From Guillardia theta CCMP2712 (lineage: Eukaryota; Protista; Cryptophyta): a DNA stretch of 64,000 nucleotides. The position numbers and the translations under genes are program-made. The stretch lies in the NCBI RefSeq assembly GCF_000315625.1, contig NW_005434648.1, forward strand, positions 676,236 through 740,235, given 5' to 3'. The stretch's first letter is position 1. Each line of letters starts with the position of its first letter. A model generated the notes under the pieces. The model was not told the DNA's origin. It did not search any database and worked only from the letters and a program-made list of their open reading frames with translations. This document shows positions 13,302-26,549 of the stretch, in pieces.

Positions 13302-16300
13302 ATGGCGGAAGACCCGGCGCAATCCGTTCTTGAAGGCATGCCTCCATCCTCCAAGGACTTGGGGCTGCAGTTGCAGGATCTTGACTACCTCTTGCGTGTT
13401 TACAGCACACTCAGGACTTTCAGCTTCCTTCTTCGACTCGCGCCATTCACCTTATTGGAGCTCTGCACAGACATCCTTCCGAGCAAGTCAAGCCCTATGA
13501 TAGATGAGATCTGTGTGCAGCTTCTCAAGACCATCCAATGCTTCCCTCCTGTCAGTGAAGAAAATGCCGAGGAGGAGCTGGTGGTGTTCAAGGAGGACGC
13601 GGAGCCCTACCTCATTTCCAGAGACATTGACAAGCTCATCAAGGACCCGATCTGGAAGTATCTTGATTTCATGTCATGGCCAGAGTTTCTGAAGAGGCTG
13701 ATGGTTGCTCGCAAGTGTCGGGTGTTTGCAGGGATAGACTGTTGTGAATTCCTTGAGGAGCAGGAATGGTGCAAGTTGCCGCTGGGGTCAAAGATAGCGA
13801 CCTTGCAGTTCCTCTGCGACTGCTTGCTGGATGCTCCGATTGCAAAGTCCTTGATTGACGGGAGGGATGAACAGATCCCGATGTGCATGGAACAGGAGAA
13901 GGAGGAGGTCAAGGCGAGGGAGAAGGGCTTGCTTGCCAAGGCTGCGAATGACAACCTGGTGGCTGCTGCTGCGGGAGCCTCTCACCAGGGGCTTCCAAAC
14001 TACTCGCACCTACCATATGACAACAGCCACTTGTATGTTCGTGATGGCCTCGATGAGCTCGAGATAGATCAGTGCGATCTGTCCACACTCGGAGGAACTT
14101 TGATCTGTTGTGATGGTTGCCCGGCCTCCTACCTCAGCCGCTGCGTTGGGCTCAAGAGAGTCGGGGACGAGAAGCAGAAGTGGTTCTGTGAAGAATGCCG
14201 CATCGGGGGACAGATCAGAGCATACCGATTCCTTCATAGGCAGGCGAATGCCATGGAATGGGAGCATTTGCCACTGATAGCTGACTTCGGCAAGGGAAAA
14301 CACGGCATCGAGGTTGTGTTTTGTCATGGGCGACTTTACCTTTTCAAAGACAAACAGCTTATGGCATACTACAGTGAGCACAGTCAAGTAGAGCTCTTGA
14401 TCCAATGGTTAGAACAACTCGAACAGAAAGTTAACGTCACAGAACAGCAGGGAACCTCCGCCAAGTCCTCTGAGAAACAGGAGAAAGGAGATGGAAAGGC
14501 GAACGGAACAAACTCGGTCGACGATCGGGTCAGCACACCCTCCAAAGAGACTCAAGAAGGAGACGCGCCGAGATCGCTCAGGCGCAGAAAGCTCGCAGAC
14601 AAACGGGAGGATGAAGCTGCAGATTCTCCCAAGGACAAGAAGACGAGTACCCCCGGGAAAGAGGCAGAGAAGGAAGAATTGTCACGATCCCTCCGGCGAA
14701 GGAAGAAAGCTAATGGCGATGGAGAGGACGGTGCCGCAACTCCTGACACTCGCACACCGTCCAAGGAGACAGAACAAGCGGAGAGCGCCAGATCGCGCAG
14801 AAGGAGGAAGCTTGCTTACGTGGAGGATGACAACGGTCCTGCAGGTGCTCCTGTCGAGAAAGGTGAAGGCAGTCAAATCGAAGATGAACACGAAGAAGAA
14901 GGTGCAAGGTCCCTTCGTAGGAGGAAGGTTGCTTCCTATCGTGAGGAGGAGGAGGATGGCGCCGGAGCTCAGAATGAGAAAGATTCGGAAGCTGGGGACA
15001 TGGCGCGGACACGAAGAAACAGGAAGCTGGCGTACAACCAAGATGATGATGGAGATGTGGAATTTGAAATCAAGGAGAACAGGAGCACAGCGGAACTCGA
15101 GGACTCACAGGATGGGGAGATGGTAAAATCAAACAAAAGAAGCGAAAGAGTGCACTGCTGAGGGCCTTGACAAACAAGAGCAACGCCATTGTAGATGAAA
15201 TGAAGTTTTGTCGAGCAGTGGAAACAAAGATGAAGAACAGAGAATACCTGAACAAGTACAAGGACTCGCCCTCCATCCATGAAGTTCGCGCGATCTACAA
15301 GCCCTCCAAGATGAACAAGAGGCTAGTTGAGAACGCAATCACATCCAAGTGGAAGGGTTGGCCCCGCTACAATGATACCAACTTGGCGTCAGCGTCGAAT
15401 CTGCACATCTTGGCTACTTACCTCACGAGGCTCGAGAAAGACCTGCAGGGGCTCGCCAACGGCCCGTGGGTCACTCGCACTGGTAGGAGAGATTGGATTG
15501 AGCAGGTGAGAAACGCCATGGAGCCCAAGGATGTAGCGAATGCTGTGGTTGAGTTTGAAAGCTGCCTGCAATCCCTCGTGTTTTTGCCCAGCTGGTTTTC
15601 GTCGGACTCCCCTGATGCGAAGCCGAGGAGGTGAGAAACTTGTGCTGTTGTGTTCTCGTAGCCCTGAACCTTTTACAGCAGGCGAGGTCGCAAGAAGAAG
15701 TCAGAGAGCAGAAACGAAGTCGACTACGACGAGCTGATGAGAGCTGGTGTCTTGGACGATCCCTCTGGAGCTTTCAAGGAGGAGGAGGAGGAGGAGGAGG
15801 AGGTGCTCCTCAACTGCTGGGTAGGTGGGAAACGAGCGGCCCCGCTGCACATCAAGTTATCATCGCGAAGCCTGAGGAAAGTCATCCTGAACTCTGCGGC
15901 CGATCAGTTCAACAACATGATCTACACAGGAGACCATGCGGTCCCCAGCACAAGATTCAAGTGGATCCGTCGTTGTGTCTCTGCTAAGACAGTCCACTTG
16001 CTGTCGATCTACCTCCGCATGCTCGACGACTTCATCAAGTGGGATGGTCTCAAGAGGCCACCAGTTCCTACCAACGGGAAGCTTTACGACGCTCAAGGGC
16101 AGCCGCTCCTGGAGAAGCTGATCAACAAGAGAGATCAGCATGGCCTGCAGTATCTCATGCAGTTCTGGAACAACGTCGAGAGGCCCCAGTGGACGTCGCC
16201 GGACAGCATCCCGCTGTGGGCGATCAAAGACTACGAGAACCATGTGAGGAAGGAGAACAAGATCTTCTGGTGGAAGGAGTTCGACTTTCATCCTGGAGCT

Positions 16301-19300
16301 TTCATCGAGGTTGAAGTTGATGGCTACTGGTACCAGGCGTTCGTCCTCAAGTGCATCAACTCGCGGGAGGAAGTGGAGGAGTGGGAGTTTGACCCGGCGC
16401 TATTCAATGACAAGGTCGGGATGGTGCTGGTGCACTACATCAGTGGGCGTGATGATGAAGATGAATGGATCCCCAAGGACAGCGTGAGGCTGCGAGAGGA
16501 CAAGCTGGCAGAGAGGAGGTGCATTCAAGAGCGACTGAAGAGAGAGCACGAGCAGCGAAGGCTAGCGCAGATCATCGATGCTGAGAAGAGAGCCGCGGCA
16601 AGAAGTGAATACATCCAGGCCAGGAAGAAGATGCGAGAGCATGAGAAGGCACTCAGAGCGGACAGGGAGAGGGAGAGGATGGCTGAGCGAGAGAGAAAGC
16701 TCAAGGCCAAGGCGGAGAAGATGAAACAGCGCGAGTTCGAGAAAGAAGAGAAGATAAAGATGAAGGAGCGGGAGAAGCAAGAGAGGATTGAGAGGAGGCA
16801 GCGGGAGCAGGAGATCAAGAAGATGGAGATGAAGAAGGCCAAAGAGCTGGAGCGTGAGCGGCAGCGTATCTTCCAGAGCAAGTCGAGCTGGTGGAAGGAG
16901 TTCGAATTCAAGGAGGGTGCCATGGTCGAAATGCAGTGGGACGGGGACTGGTGGGATGCCGTTATCATTCGCTGCATCGGGTGCCCCAACAACACGGCAG
17001 GAGATCAGGAGGGTCAGGCAACGCAACCAACTCCTTCTGCTCCCCCTCAAGCCAAACCGGCTGTCGAGCCAGTTGTCGAGCCCGTTGTTGCCCCCGTTGT
17101 TGCGCCAGTTGTTCCACCCGTTGTCGAGCCGAATGTCATCGCAGGAGGAGAAGTTGCCATTCTGCCACCACTTGAAGGGTTTGATCCCTCCATGCTTTCT
17201 CCTCCTCCCCCTCCCCCCGGCTCGACAACGGGTGGAACAACGAAGAGCTGTCCCGCAGCAGGCAGGGGGAAGTTCTCAGCAGGTATGGACGGCAGACGGT
17301 GAAGGAGAAGCTCAGCAGAGCATGCGAGAGCGCAAGTCAGGCAACGAGAACTCCCTCGAGTCCCTCCTCCCCTACACGGTCCCGCTCATGCAAGGGCCCA
17401 AGTTCCGCTACCCCGACGACTGGCCGGAGGACGGAGTCTACATCTGTGCTGAGGACGATCGGCCCATCGACGTGGCCCGGCTGCATCGGGTCAATGTGGA
17501 CCGACTGGTGCGGATGAACAAGAAGAGGTACTCCGGGTTGACCCGGGTCAGCCCCCTCAAGGCTGGAACCTCCTTGGAGCTGCCGCTGCCCCTGGATATC
17601 ATCATCGAAGACGATCCTCCTCCCCCAAAGGACCCTTGCAAGGTCGGGGTTGTGCTGGTGCACTACGTGGGAGGAGGGGAGGACGAGACTGAGTGGGTCT
17701 TCACGTGCAGCAAGCGAATGCGACCCTCGTCGGACAGGCTGTGGAACGCGTTCATCGTCGACACAGGAGGAGAAAACGAGAAGGTGAACGACCCCAACGC
17801 GTGGAAGAAGCACTGCAAGAAGGTGCTCAAACGCGTGAAAAAGAACGACAGGAGCTGGCCGTTCTGGGAGCCGTTCTGGGATGATCCGGAGGCAGATCCC
17901 GAGACCGCAGACTACCTGACTGTTGTCAAGGAGCCCATCTGTCTGGACTTTGTGGATGCGAGGCTGGAGCAGGACACGTACGGGAAGCCGGAAGACTTCC
18001 TGGCGGACATGCGACTGATCTTCAGCAACGCCAAGAGCTACAACCCTCCTGAGCACGACTACCACAAGATGGCCGACAAGGTTTCTGCCTTCTTCGAGGA
18101 GATCTGGGCGACCGGTCACGAGGGCAACAACTGGGGGCAAGTCACCCAGAAGGATCCCAGCAAGAGCTTGCTCAAGAGCCAGCAGAAGATCAGACCCCAG
18201 CTCAAGAAGAAAACCCCCAGCACCACCCCAGCTCCTGCTCCAGCTAAAGAGAAGACAAAGGAGAAGACAAAGGAGAAGACAAAGGAATTGTCCAAGGAGA
18301 AGTCCAAGGAGAAGACAAAGGAGAAACAGCCCAAGACTCCTGGAGACCTGCCGGTGAAGAATCTGACGGGTGAGTTGGAGGAGGTGAAGATCAAAGCTCC
18401 TGTCAAGGAATTGCTTCTCAAATGCATCGACGAAATCTTCGGGATGAAGGATTCAGAATTGTTTCGTCTACCTGTAGACAAGCAGATCGCTCCAGACTAC
18501 TATGAGGTGATCAAGAGGCCGATGGACCTGACCAAGGTCAGAGAGAAGCTGGAGAAAGGAAGGTGAAGATGAAGATGATGCGACTGCTTGCGGTTTCTGA
18601 TTCTTCCTCTGCAGGTACTCGATGGTCAGCAAGTTTGTGGCTGACATGAGGCAAATCTTCGAGAACGCTTACGAGTACAACAACGAAAACGACCAGGTCT
18701 ACGAGGAAGCCAAGAGCCTGGAGAAGAAGTTTGAAAAACTTTGGAAGAAAGTTGAGAAGCAGATCGAAGAGATTCCCGCAACAAAACCTGAAAAGGAGAA
18801 GAAGGCAGAGAAGGCAGAGAAGGCAGAAGAGCTCGCCAAGACTCCCAAGAAAACACCAAAGTCGTCCAAGGGCAACGACAAGAGCAATGACAAGAGCAAT
18901 GACAACTCGGCGAAGCAATCGGAGAAAACAAGTCAGGCCAAACCAACTCCAACCAAACCAAGTCAACCCAAGATTAGTCAATCCAAGACTAGTCAAACCA
19001 AGGAAAATCGAGAGAAGTCAACGGCGAGGTGTCTCGAGGTGCTGGACAAGGTTTCCAACGACAAACACGCATGGCCCTTCGAGGAGCCGGTTGACGCGAA
19101 GAAGTTGAAACTGAAGGACTATCACAAGATTGTGAAAGAGCCCATGGACTTGTCCACGATCCGGTCGAGACTGCAAGGAGAGGAATACAAGCGGGTAGAA
19201 GAAGAATTTCACAGAGACATGCACCTGGTCTTCGACAACGCCCTACTCTTCAACCATGAAGGGGATCCCATCCACGAATACGCCGAGCAGCTCAAAATGA

Positions 19301-19962
19301 AGTTTGACAAGCTGTGGGCCAAAAATGCGAGGCCGGAGGAGGCTGCCGCCAAGAGCGAAACTCCCACGGCCGACAAGAGTGCGAAAAAAGTGTTCAAACA
19401 GGAGAAGGAAGCGGCAGCTGAAGCCAGTCAAGCCCCGGCCGCTGAACATGTAAGTGACAAAGTTGAATGAGAGACTGAGAGATGAACTCCCTCCTCCCTC
19501 CTCTCTCCTCTCCCTCCTCTCTCCTCTCCCTCCTCTCTCCTCTCCCTCCTCTCTCCTCTCCCTCCTCTCTCCTCTCTCCTCTCTTCCTCTCTCCTCTCTC
19601 CTCTCCCTCCTCTCTCCTCTCTCCTCTCCCTCCTCCCTCCTCCCTCCTCTCTCCTCTCTCCCTCTCCCTCCTCTCTCCTCTTTCCTCTCTTCTCTCCCTC
19701 CCTCCTCTCTCTCCCTCTCCCTCCCTCTCCGCTCCTTCCCCTCTCTCCTTCCTCCCTCCCCTTCCCTTCCTCTCGTTCTCGATTTTTTCGTGTCTGATGA
19801 AATTGATAGTGGTTGGATTGGGCAAAGACGACCATCCAGCAAATGCTCGACGACGAACTTTCTCTTCCCTTCCGAGAGCCTGTCAACCCCGTCGAGCTCG
19901 GGCTGGATGACTACTGGGAGGTATGATACATCCTCCTCCTCCTCCTCCTCCTCCTCAATATT

Positions 19963-20000
<38 letters not shown>

Positions 20001-20396
20001 CATCATATGCATCCACTTCGCCCTCCTCATCCTCATCCTCCTCCTTCTCGTGCTTGCTGATAATCCTCCCAGGTGATAAAGAACCCCATGGACTTGGGAA
20101 CGATCAGCAAGGGGCTCAAGAGGAGGAGATACTCGTCCCTTGCCCAGGTGGTAGAGGACACGGTGCTAGTGTTTGAAAACGCGATGCTCTACAACAACCG
20201 ATCAGACCCAGTGAACAAGAGCGCCAAGGAGATGCTTGCCAACTTCAAACAGGAGCTCTCTCAGTTCGAGAGAAGAGCTGGCGGAGCAGGGCAAGCAACC
20301 CTAGGTGATACTTCTGCGAAGAAGAAACGGAGCAGAGAAGAGAATGCAGAGGAAGTAGAACCGTCGAGCAAGAAGGGCAGAAAGAGCGGAGGTGAC

Positions 20397-20428
<32 letters not shown>

Positions 20429-21370
20429 GGAAGTTCCGAAAGAAGCATCCACCAAGAAGGGAAGAAAGAGTGAAGGAGGAGCAGTTGCGGAGCAAGTTTC
20501 CACAGAACCGTCCGCCAAGAAGGGAAGAAAGAGCGGTGGCGGAGGAGGAGCAGAGGAAGTTCTGAAAGCAGCATCCAACAAGAAGGGAAGAAAGAGTGAA
20601 GGAGGAGCAGTATCAGAGGACGTGCCAACAGAACCGTCGAGCAAGAAAGGCAAAAAGAGCAGCGGGGGAGGAGCAGGAGGAGTGGAGGAGAGCGGGAAGC
20701 TGGAGATCGGGGCGACAGTCAAGATGCTGTTTGACGACGGGCAGTGGCATGAGGGGGTAGTGGACAAGTTTGACAGCAAGAAGAATAAGTATGAAGTGCG
20801 CTTCGCAGACGGGGACGTTCAGATCACATCCTTCCCTGACCCTGACGTGAAGCTGGTGGAGGAGACAGCCTCGTCCAAGAAGCCCCAGCTCCCCCCCGAG
20901 CAGGGGTCGAGCAAGTCTCGAGGCAGGAGACCGCAGGATGAAGCTAAGGGAAGTGGAAAGAAGGGGAAGGGAGGACAAGGGGGGGAGCTGCTGGAGGACC
21001 CGGAAGCGAATCTTGGGCGCCACGTCAGCATGCTCTTTGATGACGGCGTGTGGAACAAGGTAAATCTCCTCCTCCTCCACCACCACCACCACTGCCTCCT
21101 CCTCCTCCTCCTCCTCCTCCTCCTGTCTTGGTCTCTCTATCCTCTCCTTTGCCCTGCTGTCCGCTCCCACCCTCCCATCACCCTTCTCTTGCTTGTCCGC
21201 TCCCCCCCCCCCTCTACCAGCGGCGTTCAGCTGACATGGGGCAGGGGGTGATCATCAAGTACCACATGAGGTCGGGCAAGTATCGCATCAGGTTCGAGGA
21301 CGAGGAGGAGCTCGACGTGCTGCTGCCCAACGAGGAAGTGAAGCTACTGGAGGAGTTCAGCTACACCTAG
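13302..21370 (+). CDS. Very large multidomain chromatin reader (DDT, PHD, WSD-like, chromo-like, 2 Tudor/Agenet-like, LysM-like, 4 bromodomains, 2 C-terminal Tudor)
   Basis: DDT LLRVYSTLRTFSFLLRLAPF; PHD LICCDGCPASY..WFCEEC; chromo-like EKLINKR..QYLMQFW; bromodomains SWPFWEP..NAKSYN, LFRLPVD..NAYEYN, AWPFEEPVD..NALLFN, LFLPRACQ/PMDLGTI..NAMLYN; Tudor GATVKMLFDDGQWHEG. Short introns (e.g. 15123-15178) join the ORFs. Confidence 0.8.
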
Positions 21371-21374
21371 GGGA

Positions 21375-23344
21375 TCAAAACTTTAATGCACCACCGCTGG
21401 CTCTACTGCAGCCCCTGGTACTGCCCCAGGTCTGCCCCGTACTTGTCCACCCCCGTGGTCGTGAAGCCGATGGCCTCGACGGGTCCCATGCCCTGAAGGA
21501 GAATGAGACGCAGGAGGTGGCGCAGTTGGGGAGGGTGGGAGAGAAAGAATGAGAGGAGGGAGGGCAGGAGGAGATGGCAAGGACGAGGGGAGGGAGGGAG
21601 GGAGGGAGGGAGGGAGGGAGGAAGTGCTTCATCGGTGAAGAGTCAGGGGAGGAGCAGGAGGGAAGGATTAGAGGAAGTAGATGGGCTTGCCTTGCCCAGC
21701 GAGGGCTGCTTGGCGTAGCCGGCAAAGGAGACGCTCTTCTTGCTGAGAAGAGACTCGAGGAGCCATGATCCGAAGAACGTCTCCCCCCTGCTGAGTCGTC
21801 AGCAGCTGCTCGGAAGAGGAAGAGGAAGCAGGAGGGAGCCGAGGGGACTGTGGACGGGGAAGAGATGGGAGAGGAAGGGTACCTGTGCGTGACTGAGAGG
21901 ACAGCCTTCTGTGCGATGATGGCGTTGAACGCTGGCTTCAAGGCAGAGGCAAACTTGAGCATCTTGAGAAGAGTCAAGACTTGAAAACGAGCACAAGCAT
22001 CGTGACCGCACAGAGGAAGGGAAGGAGAGGAAAGTAGAAAGAGGGAGAGAGGAGGAGAGAGTTGGAGAGGAGGAGGTGGAAACAAAGGGGAGAGTGAACA
22101 AGAGGGGGAGGAGGGGGGGGGGGGGTTGGAAGCAGAGGAGGGGGAGGGGAATAGTTTGACCTCAATCTCCGCGTTCTCGTCCTTGAGAGCGCTGAATACA
22201 TCCTCCGGTGCTCCACTCATCCTCGAGTTGAGACAAGCGACAGCAGCGCAATCCTTCGGAATAAGCTCCCTGGATAGCAAACTGGTTCAGACCTCCCCGA
22301 AACTTCTCCCCCACCTCCTCCTCCTTTTTCCCCTCCTCTGCCTCCTCCGCCTCTACCAAAGTCTCCAACTCTGCCAACGTCTCCAACTCTGCCAACGTCT
22401 CCTCCTCTGCCAACGTCTCCTCCTCCTCCCTGTCACCGGATAGCGGTTGCCTCCTCCACCGTTGCTGCTTCCACGCAGATGATCTTGGAACCAGATGCCA
22501 CAGCGCTCTCGCACTGGAGGAAGACGTTCAGTCTCACCACCCTTCCAGCAGGGACGAGCACATCACCTCCTCCTTGCTCCTCACAAGGGTCAAAACTTCG
22601 ATCCCCAGTGCGCTACAGGCCTTCTTCACCTCCTCCAAGCTTGCAGAGGACATGGGTACCAGCACCCCCTCCACCCCCGCAGCCTTCGCCTCAGCCACCT
22701 GCTCGCAAGCAGCTGAGCACGAGCAGAGAAATGACTCTTGCTGAGACCTGACGCGACGATGTGACCTCGCCAGTGCGGACGACAGGGAGAGGACCAGGAA
22801 AACTTCCCTTGGCTGACAACTGCAACGCAAGTCAGTACGTGCGCATGGTCCTGCGTCCAGCTCTCACTTGCTCTTCGACGAACTTTTCGCAGTCTTGGAG
22901 TCCCGACTTGCTGTCAGCGTTCACGAAGATGGCTCCTGCCTTCTCTCTGCGCATCTTGAGGGAGAACTGACGGAATTCCACGCCATGCAGGGCGCCGTCG
23001 TCAGCATTGGGATGACGGGAGAACTCGATGGCAACACTGACAGCACCAGAAGCCTTCTTGAGAGCCTTGAAGAGCTTGGTCGAAGCCTTGGCTTCTTTTC
23101 CTTCCTCCACTACTCGGAGAAATTTCTCCACCTCCTCTTCGTTGATCGCCATCTTCAACAATCCACAACCCCGGTCCCTCCTGACACGAAGAGCTTGAAC
23201 ACGAGGCCTGAGGGATGAGAGCGTATTGATGCGAGAGGAGGGCGTGAGGGACAAGGAGACATGTGCTGTGGATGAGAGAAGGTAGCAGAGGGTGTGGCTG
23301 ATGCAGCAGACGAGGAGGAGGACGAAGAGCGGCGCTCTGGCCAT
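21375..23344 (-). CDS. Indole-3-glycerol-phosphate-synthase-like (TIM barrel) protein with a signal/transit-like leader
   Basis: Leader MARAPLFVLLLVCC.. followed by S/R-rich sequence; LFKALKKASGAVSVAIEF, EEQLSAKGSFPGPLPVVR, QVAEAKAAGVEGVLV, ALGIEVLTLVRSKEE resemble TrpC segments. Confidence 0.55.
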
Positions 23345-23465
23345 GGCGGCCTCCGTTCCTGCGCTTCCTGCGACAGCCCGCCTCAGAAAATGTGAAGCTT
23401 GGAATCGAATCAAACCGATCTGACTACCCTGATCCGAATCGAACTGAACCGATTCGGCTCCTCCA

Positions 23466-25819
23466 ATGCACATCAGGGTGAAGACGCTGACGAGGAGGAC
23501 GTTTGGGCTGGACGTGACGCCTGACGACTCCATCATGAGCATCAAGACGAAGCTCTCCAAGGTTCCCCCTCTCCTCCTCCTTCTCTTTATCTCCCTCCTC
23601 TCCTCCTCCACCACGTCCTCTCTCGCCCTCACCTCCTCCTGCTCCTTCTCCCTCCTCTCCTCCTGATCCTCTCCCTCTCCCAATGTCGTGGTCTCTCAAC
23701 TTCACACTCTCCTTCCTTTCTCTCTACTTTTCAGCCTCTTAGAACCGTTTGCTCGTCCATTTCCTTCATCCATTGCTTTCCTCTTTGCACCAACGCTCCA
23801 TGAGATTCCTACGCAATTCTGCCGCAACAGCATGCTGTTGACTGTTAGGGGCATCAATAGAAAAAGAATTTTTGATGCATCAGCAGGAGACAGGCATTCC
23901 CCTCAAGGGACAGAAGCTCATCTACAAAGGAGAAGTCCTACAGACAGGAAGTGTGGAAACTTGCGGGATCTCCGATGACGATTTCCTCGTCGTCGTCGTT
24001 GCAAGGTCACCCGATGAAGTCAGTGAAGTGAAGGAGGTGGACAAGGTGAGCGAGAGCTTGTGCACTGCACCGCTTGTGATGACCGGCGAGCAGAAGAAGT
24101 CAAGCTACAACTCAGAGCAGGAGAAAGCTGAAGCCACAAGAGCAAGGTCGAGTCTCTCAGCTGCGGAGCATGGTGGGAGCTCATGGTCGGGTGCAGGGAG
24201 AAGGCTCTAGCGTCAGTGCGGAACGACAGCAATCAAGCAGGAAACTTCCCTGTGCAGTGAGAGTCTGATGGAGGAGACGCCTCGAGCCTCACGTGCCGCA
24301 GGTTGACCGAACTCATCCAAGCGCTCGCCACCTTCTCGGTCGCGGGTCAACAGTTCCAGGTGCAAGTGGACCCGCGCTACGAGGAGGAGTCCAGGTACAT
24401 GTGCCCTTGTCCTTGCGCTTCTTACCGCATCCTCGACAGAGACAGGGAAGAAGTTCGTCAGGAGGAGGAGGAGGAGGAGGAGGAGGAGGAGGAGGGAGAC
24501 GGCGAGGACGAGCACGACCTTGACGGTGAAAATTGCGGTCTGATGATTGATCGATGACATGGACGGGTAGACGAAGATCAACACGATGATGCCTACGAGG
24601 AAGAGCACGAAGATGTGACTCTTGTTGTGTCTGCTGTATTGTTCCTGACGGCAAGAGGAGGATGAGGAAGAGGAGGACGAGGAAGAAGAAGACGAGGAGG
24701 ATGGCGAGGGCATGCTGTTTGAGGACAACGAGTCGCTGCAGCAGCTGCTCGACATGGGTTTCCCTGAGAACAGGGCAAGGAGAGCGATCGCAATATGTGG
24801 GGGAAATGTACAGGTGGAGGAGGAGGAGGAGGAGGACGGCAACGAGGGACTTACAAGAGGAGCAGAGGAGCATGGAGTGGTTGCTGGAGCATGAAGGTGA
24901 TCCAGGCGTCGATGAGCCGATGAGCGAGGATGAGCTGCGATCTCTTGCTCGCTCGCGACGTGAAGTGAGAAACTTGTTGTGCCAGCGGCGGGTCTTGACG
25001 CATACAGCAGGAGGTGAACGGCCCTACCAACGAGGTGAGAAGGCAGAGAGGGGAAGGAGGAAGAGATCACAAGGAAGCAGGAGGCCGTGACTAGGCTACG
25101 AGAGATGGGCTTCTCCGAGGAAGACGTCACGCACGCGCTGCGAGCATGCGACAACAACTTCGAAGCCGCCATGGCATGGTTGCTCGGGGATCGAGAGGTG
25201 AGGAGAAATCGTCATTGCACTGCTGACCTGAGACCCTCTCCTCATTGCTCGATGGCAGGGAGGAGGAATGGAGGAGGAGGAAGAGGACGAGGAAGAGGAC
25301 GAGGAGGAACAAGAGGAGGAGGAGGGCGGTATCGACATGAGGGGATCGAACTTGAATCCTGCCTTCCTGGACTCGACAGAGATGCGACAAGTGAGGGGAG
25401 GGAAGTTGGTCTCCGTCTCTCACCTCCCCCGCAGATCCTGTCGAACCCAAGAGTAGTAATGCAGCTCCAAGAGATGCTGTCTGACCCTGAGAGCATGAGA
25501 AATCATCTCAACAACCCTGAGGTTTTCTCCCTCCCTTCTTCCCTCTCTCCTGCCCCTTTTTTCCCCTCCTTCTCTCCATCTTCTATTGCATTGCTATCTC
25601 CCTCTCCATCTTCTTTCCAAATCCATTCCCCTTCTTCTCTGCCTCCTCTCTCCCCTTTCGATCTCTTTTTTTGTGTCTTCTTCCTCATCCTCCTCATCCT
25701 CTCCCTCACTTCCTTCTCCTCTCTCGCAGCTCATCACTTCATCTCAGATGCTTCAGATCTTACAAGCCTTCAACAACCACAACTTGCAGTATCGACCTGA
25801 TGACAACGAACCAGCCTAA
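23466..25819 (+). CDS. UBL-UBA-UBA-STI1 protein (UBAC1/KPC2-like ubiquitin shuttle)
   Basis: UBL MHIRVKTLTRRTFGLDV..GQKLIYKGEVL; UBA1 LQQLLDMGFPENRARRA; UBA2 LREMGFSEEDVTHALRACDNNFEAAMAWLL; STI1-like ILSNPRV..MLSDPESMRNHLNNPE. Confidence 0.8.
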
Positions 25820-26549
25820 TAAACTCCTACCAATGTCAGCCCCCCCCCACCCCCCTGTTTCGAAATTTATCACCCACCCTATGCCGTCTCGTTATGCCGC
25901 CAGACGGATCTCGAAACCATCTCTCCCCTCCCCTCCCCTCCCCTCCCCTCCCCCTCCCTCTCCCTCCCCTCCCCTCCTCCCCCTCCTCCTCCCCTCCCCT
26001 CCTCTCCTCTCCTCTCCTCTCCCCCCTCTCCTCTCTTCCCCTCCTCCTCACCAGCGCGTGTCTGTCCCCTTACCTTGTCATCCCTTCTCCTTCTCATCCT
26101 CCTCTTCATATTTCATCTCCTCTCCTCCCCTTCTCTCTTCCCTCCCTCGCCTCAGCAATTTTCTACTGAGATTTCTGTTCATCTCTCGTCTGTTTTCCTA
26201 TCTCGAATGTGCAGCTTCTTTCTACCTATCGTTGCTCCATCGCATTTCATAGCTCGTTCTCTTAGCAAGCTCTCCTCCTCAGGTCGCAACTCCCAGTTCT
26301 GACTTGATGCGTTGTCAAGATTGCAGGCACACAGGAGATGCAGAGATGTACATTCGAGCTCTCGTCACGTTAGCATTGGGTCGGTAGCAACAACTTCCTT
26401 GCAGCGACGAGCAAGACCAACGGCAGCGACATCATCTAAAACTTTCTTGTTTACAGTCTTTTGTATCATCGTTGAAGCGAATTCCTCCTCTCACAGCGAG
26501 GTATCCTTCAGAATCGTTTGTCGACGCGCTGAGAGAGCATCAGGTGAAG

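Noticed and set aside
19394-20060. Low-complexity ORFs (ERGERRE, SLLSP types) here and at 7400-10700 and 25500-26250
   Set aside because: They are readings of CT/GA-rich intron or intergenic sequence.
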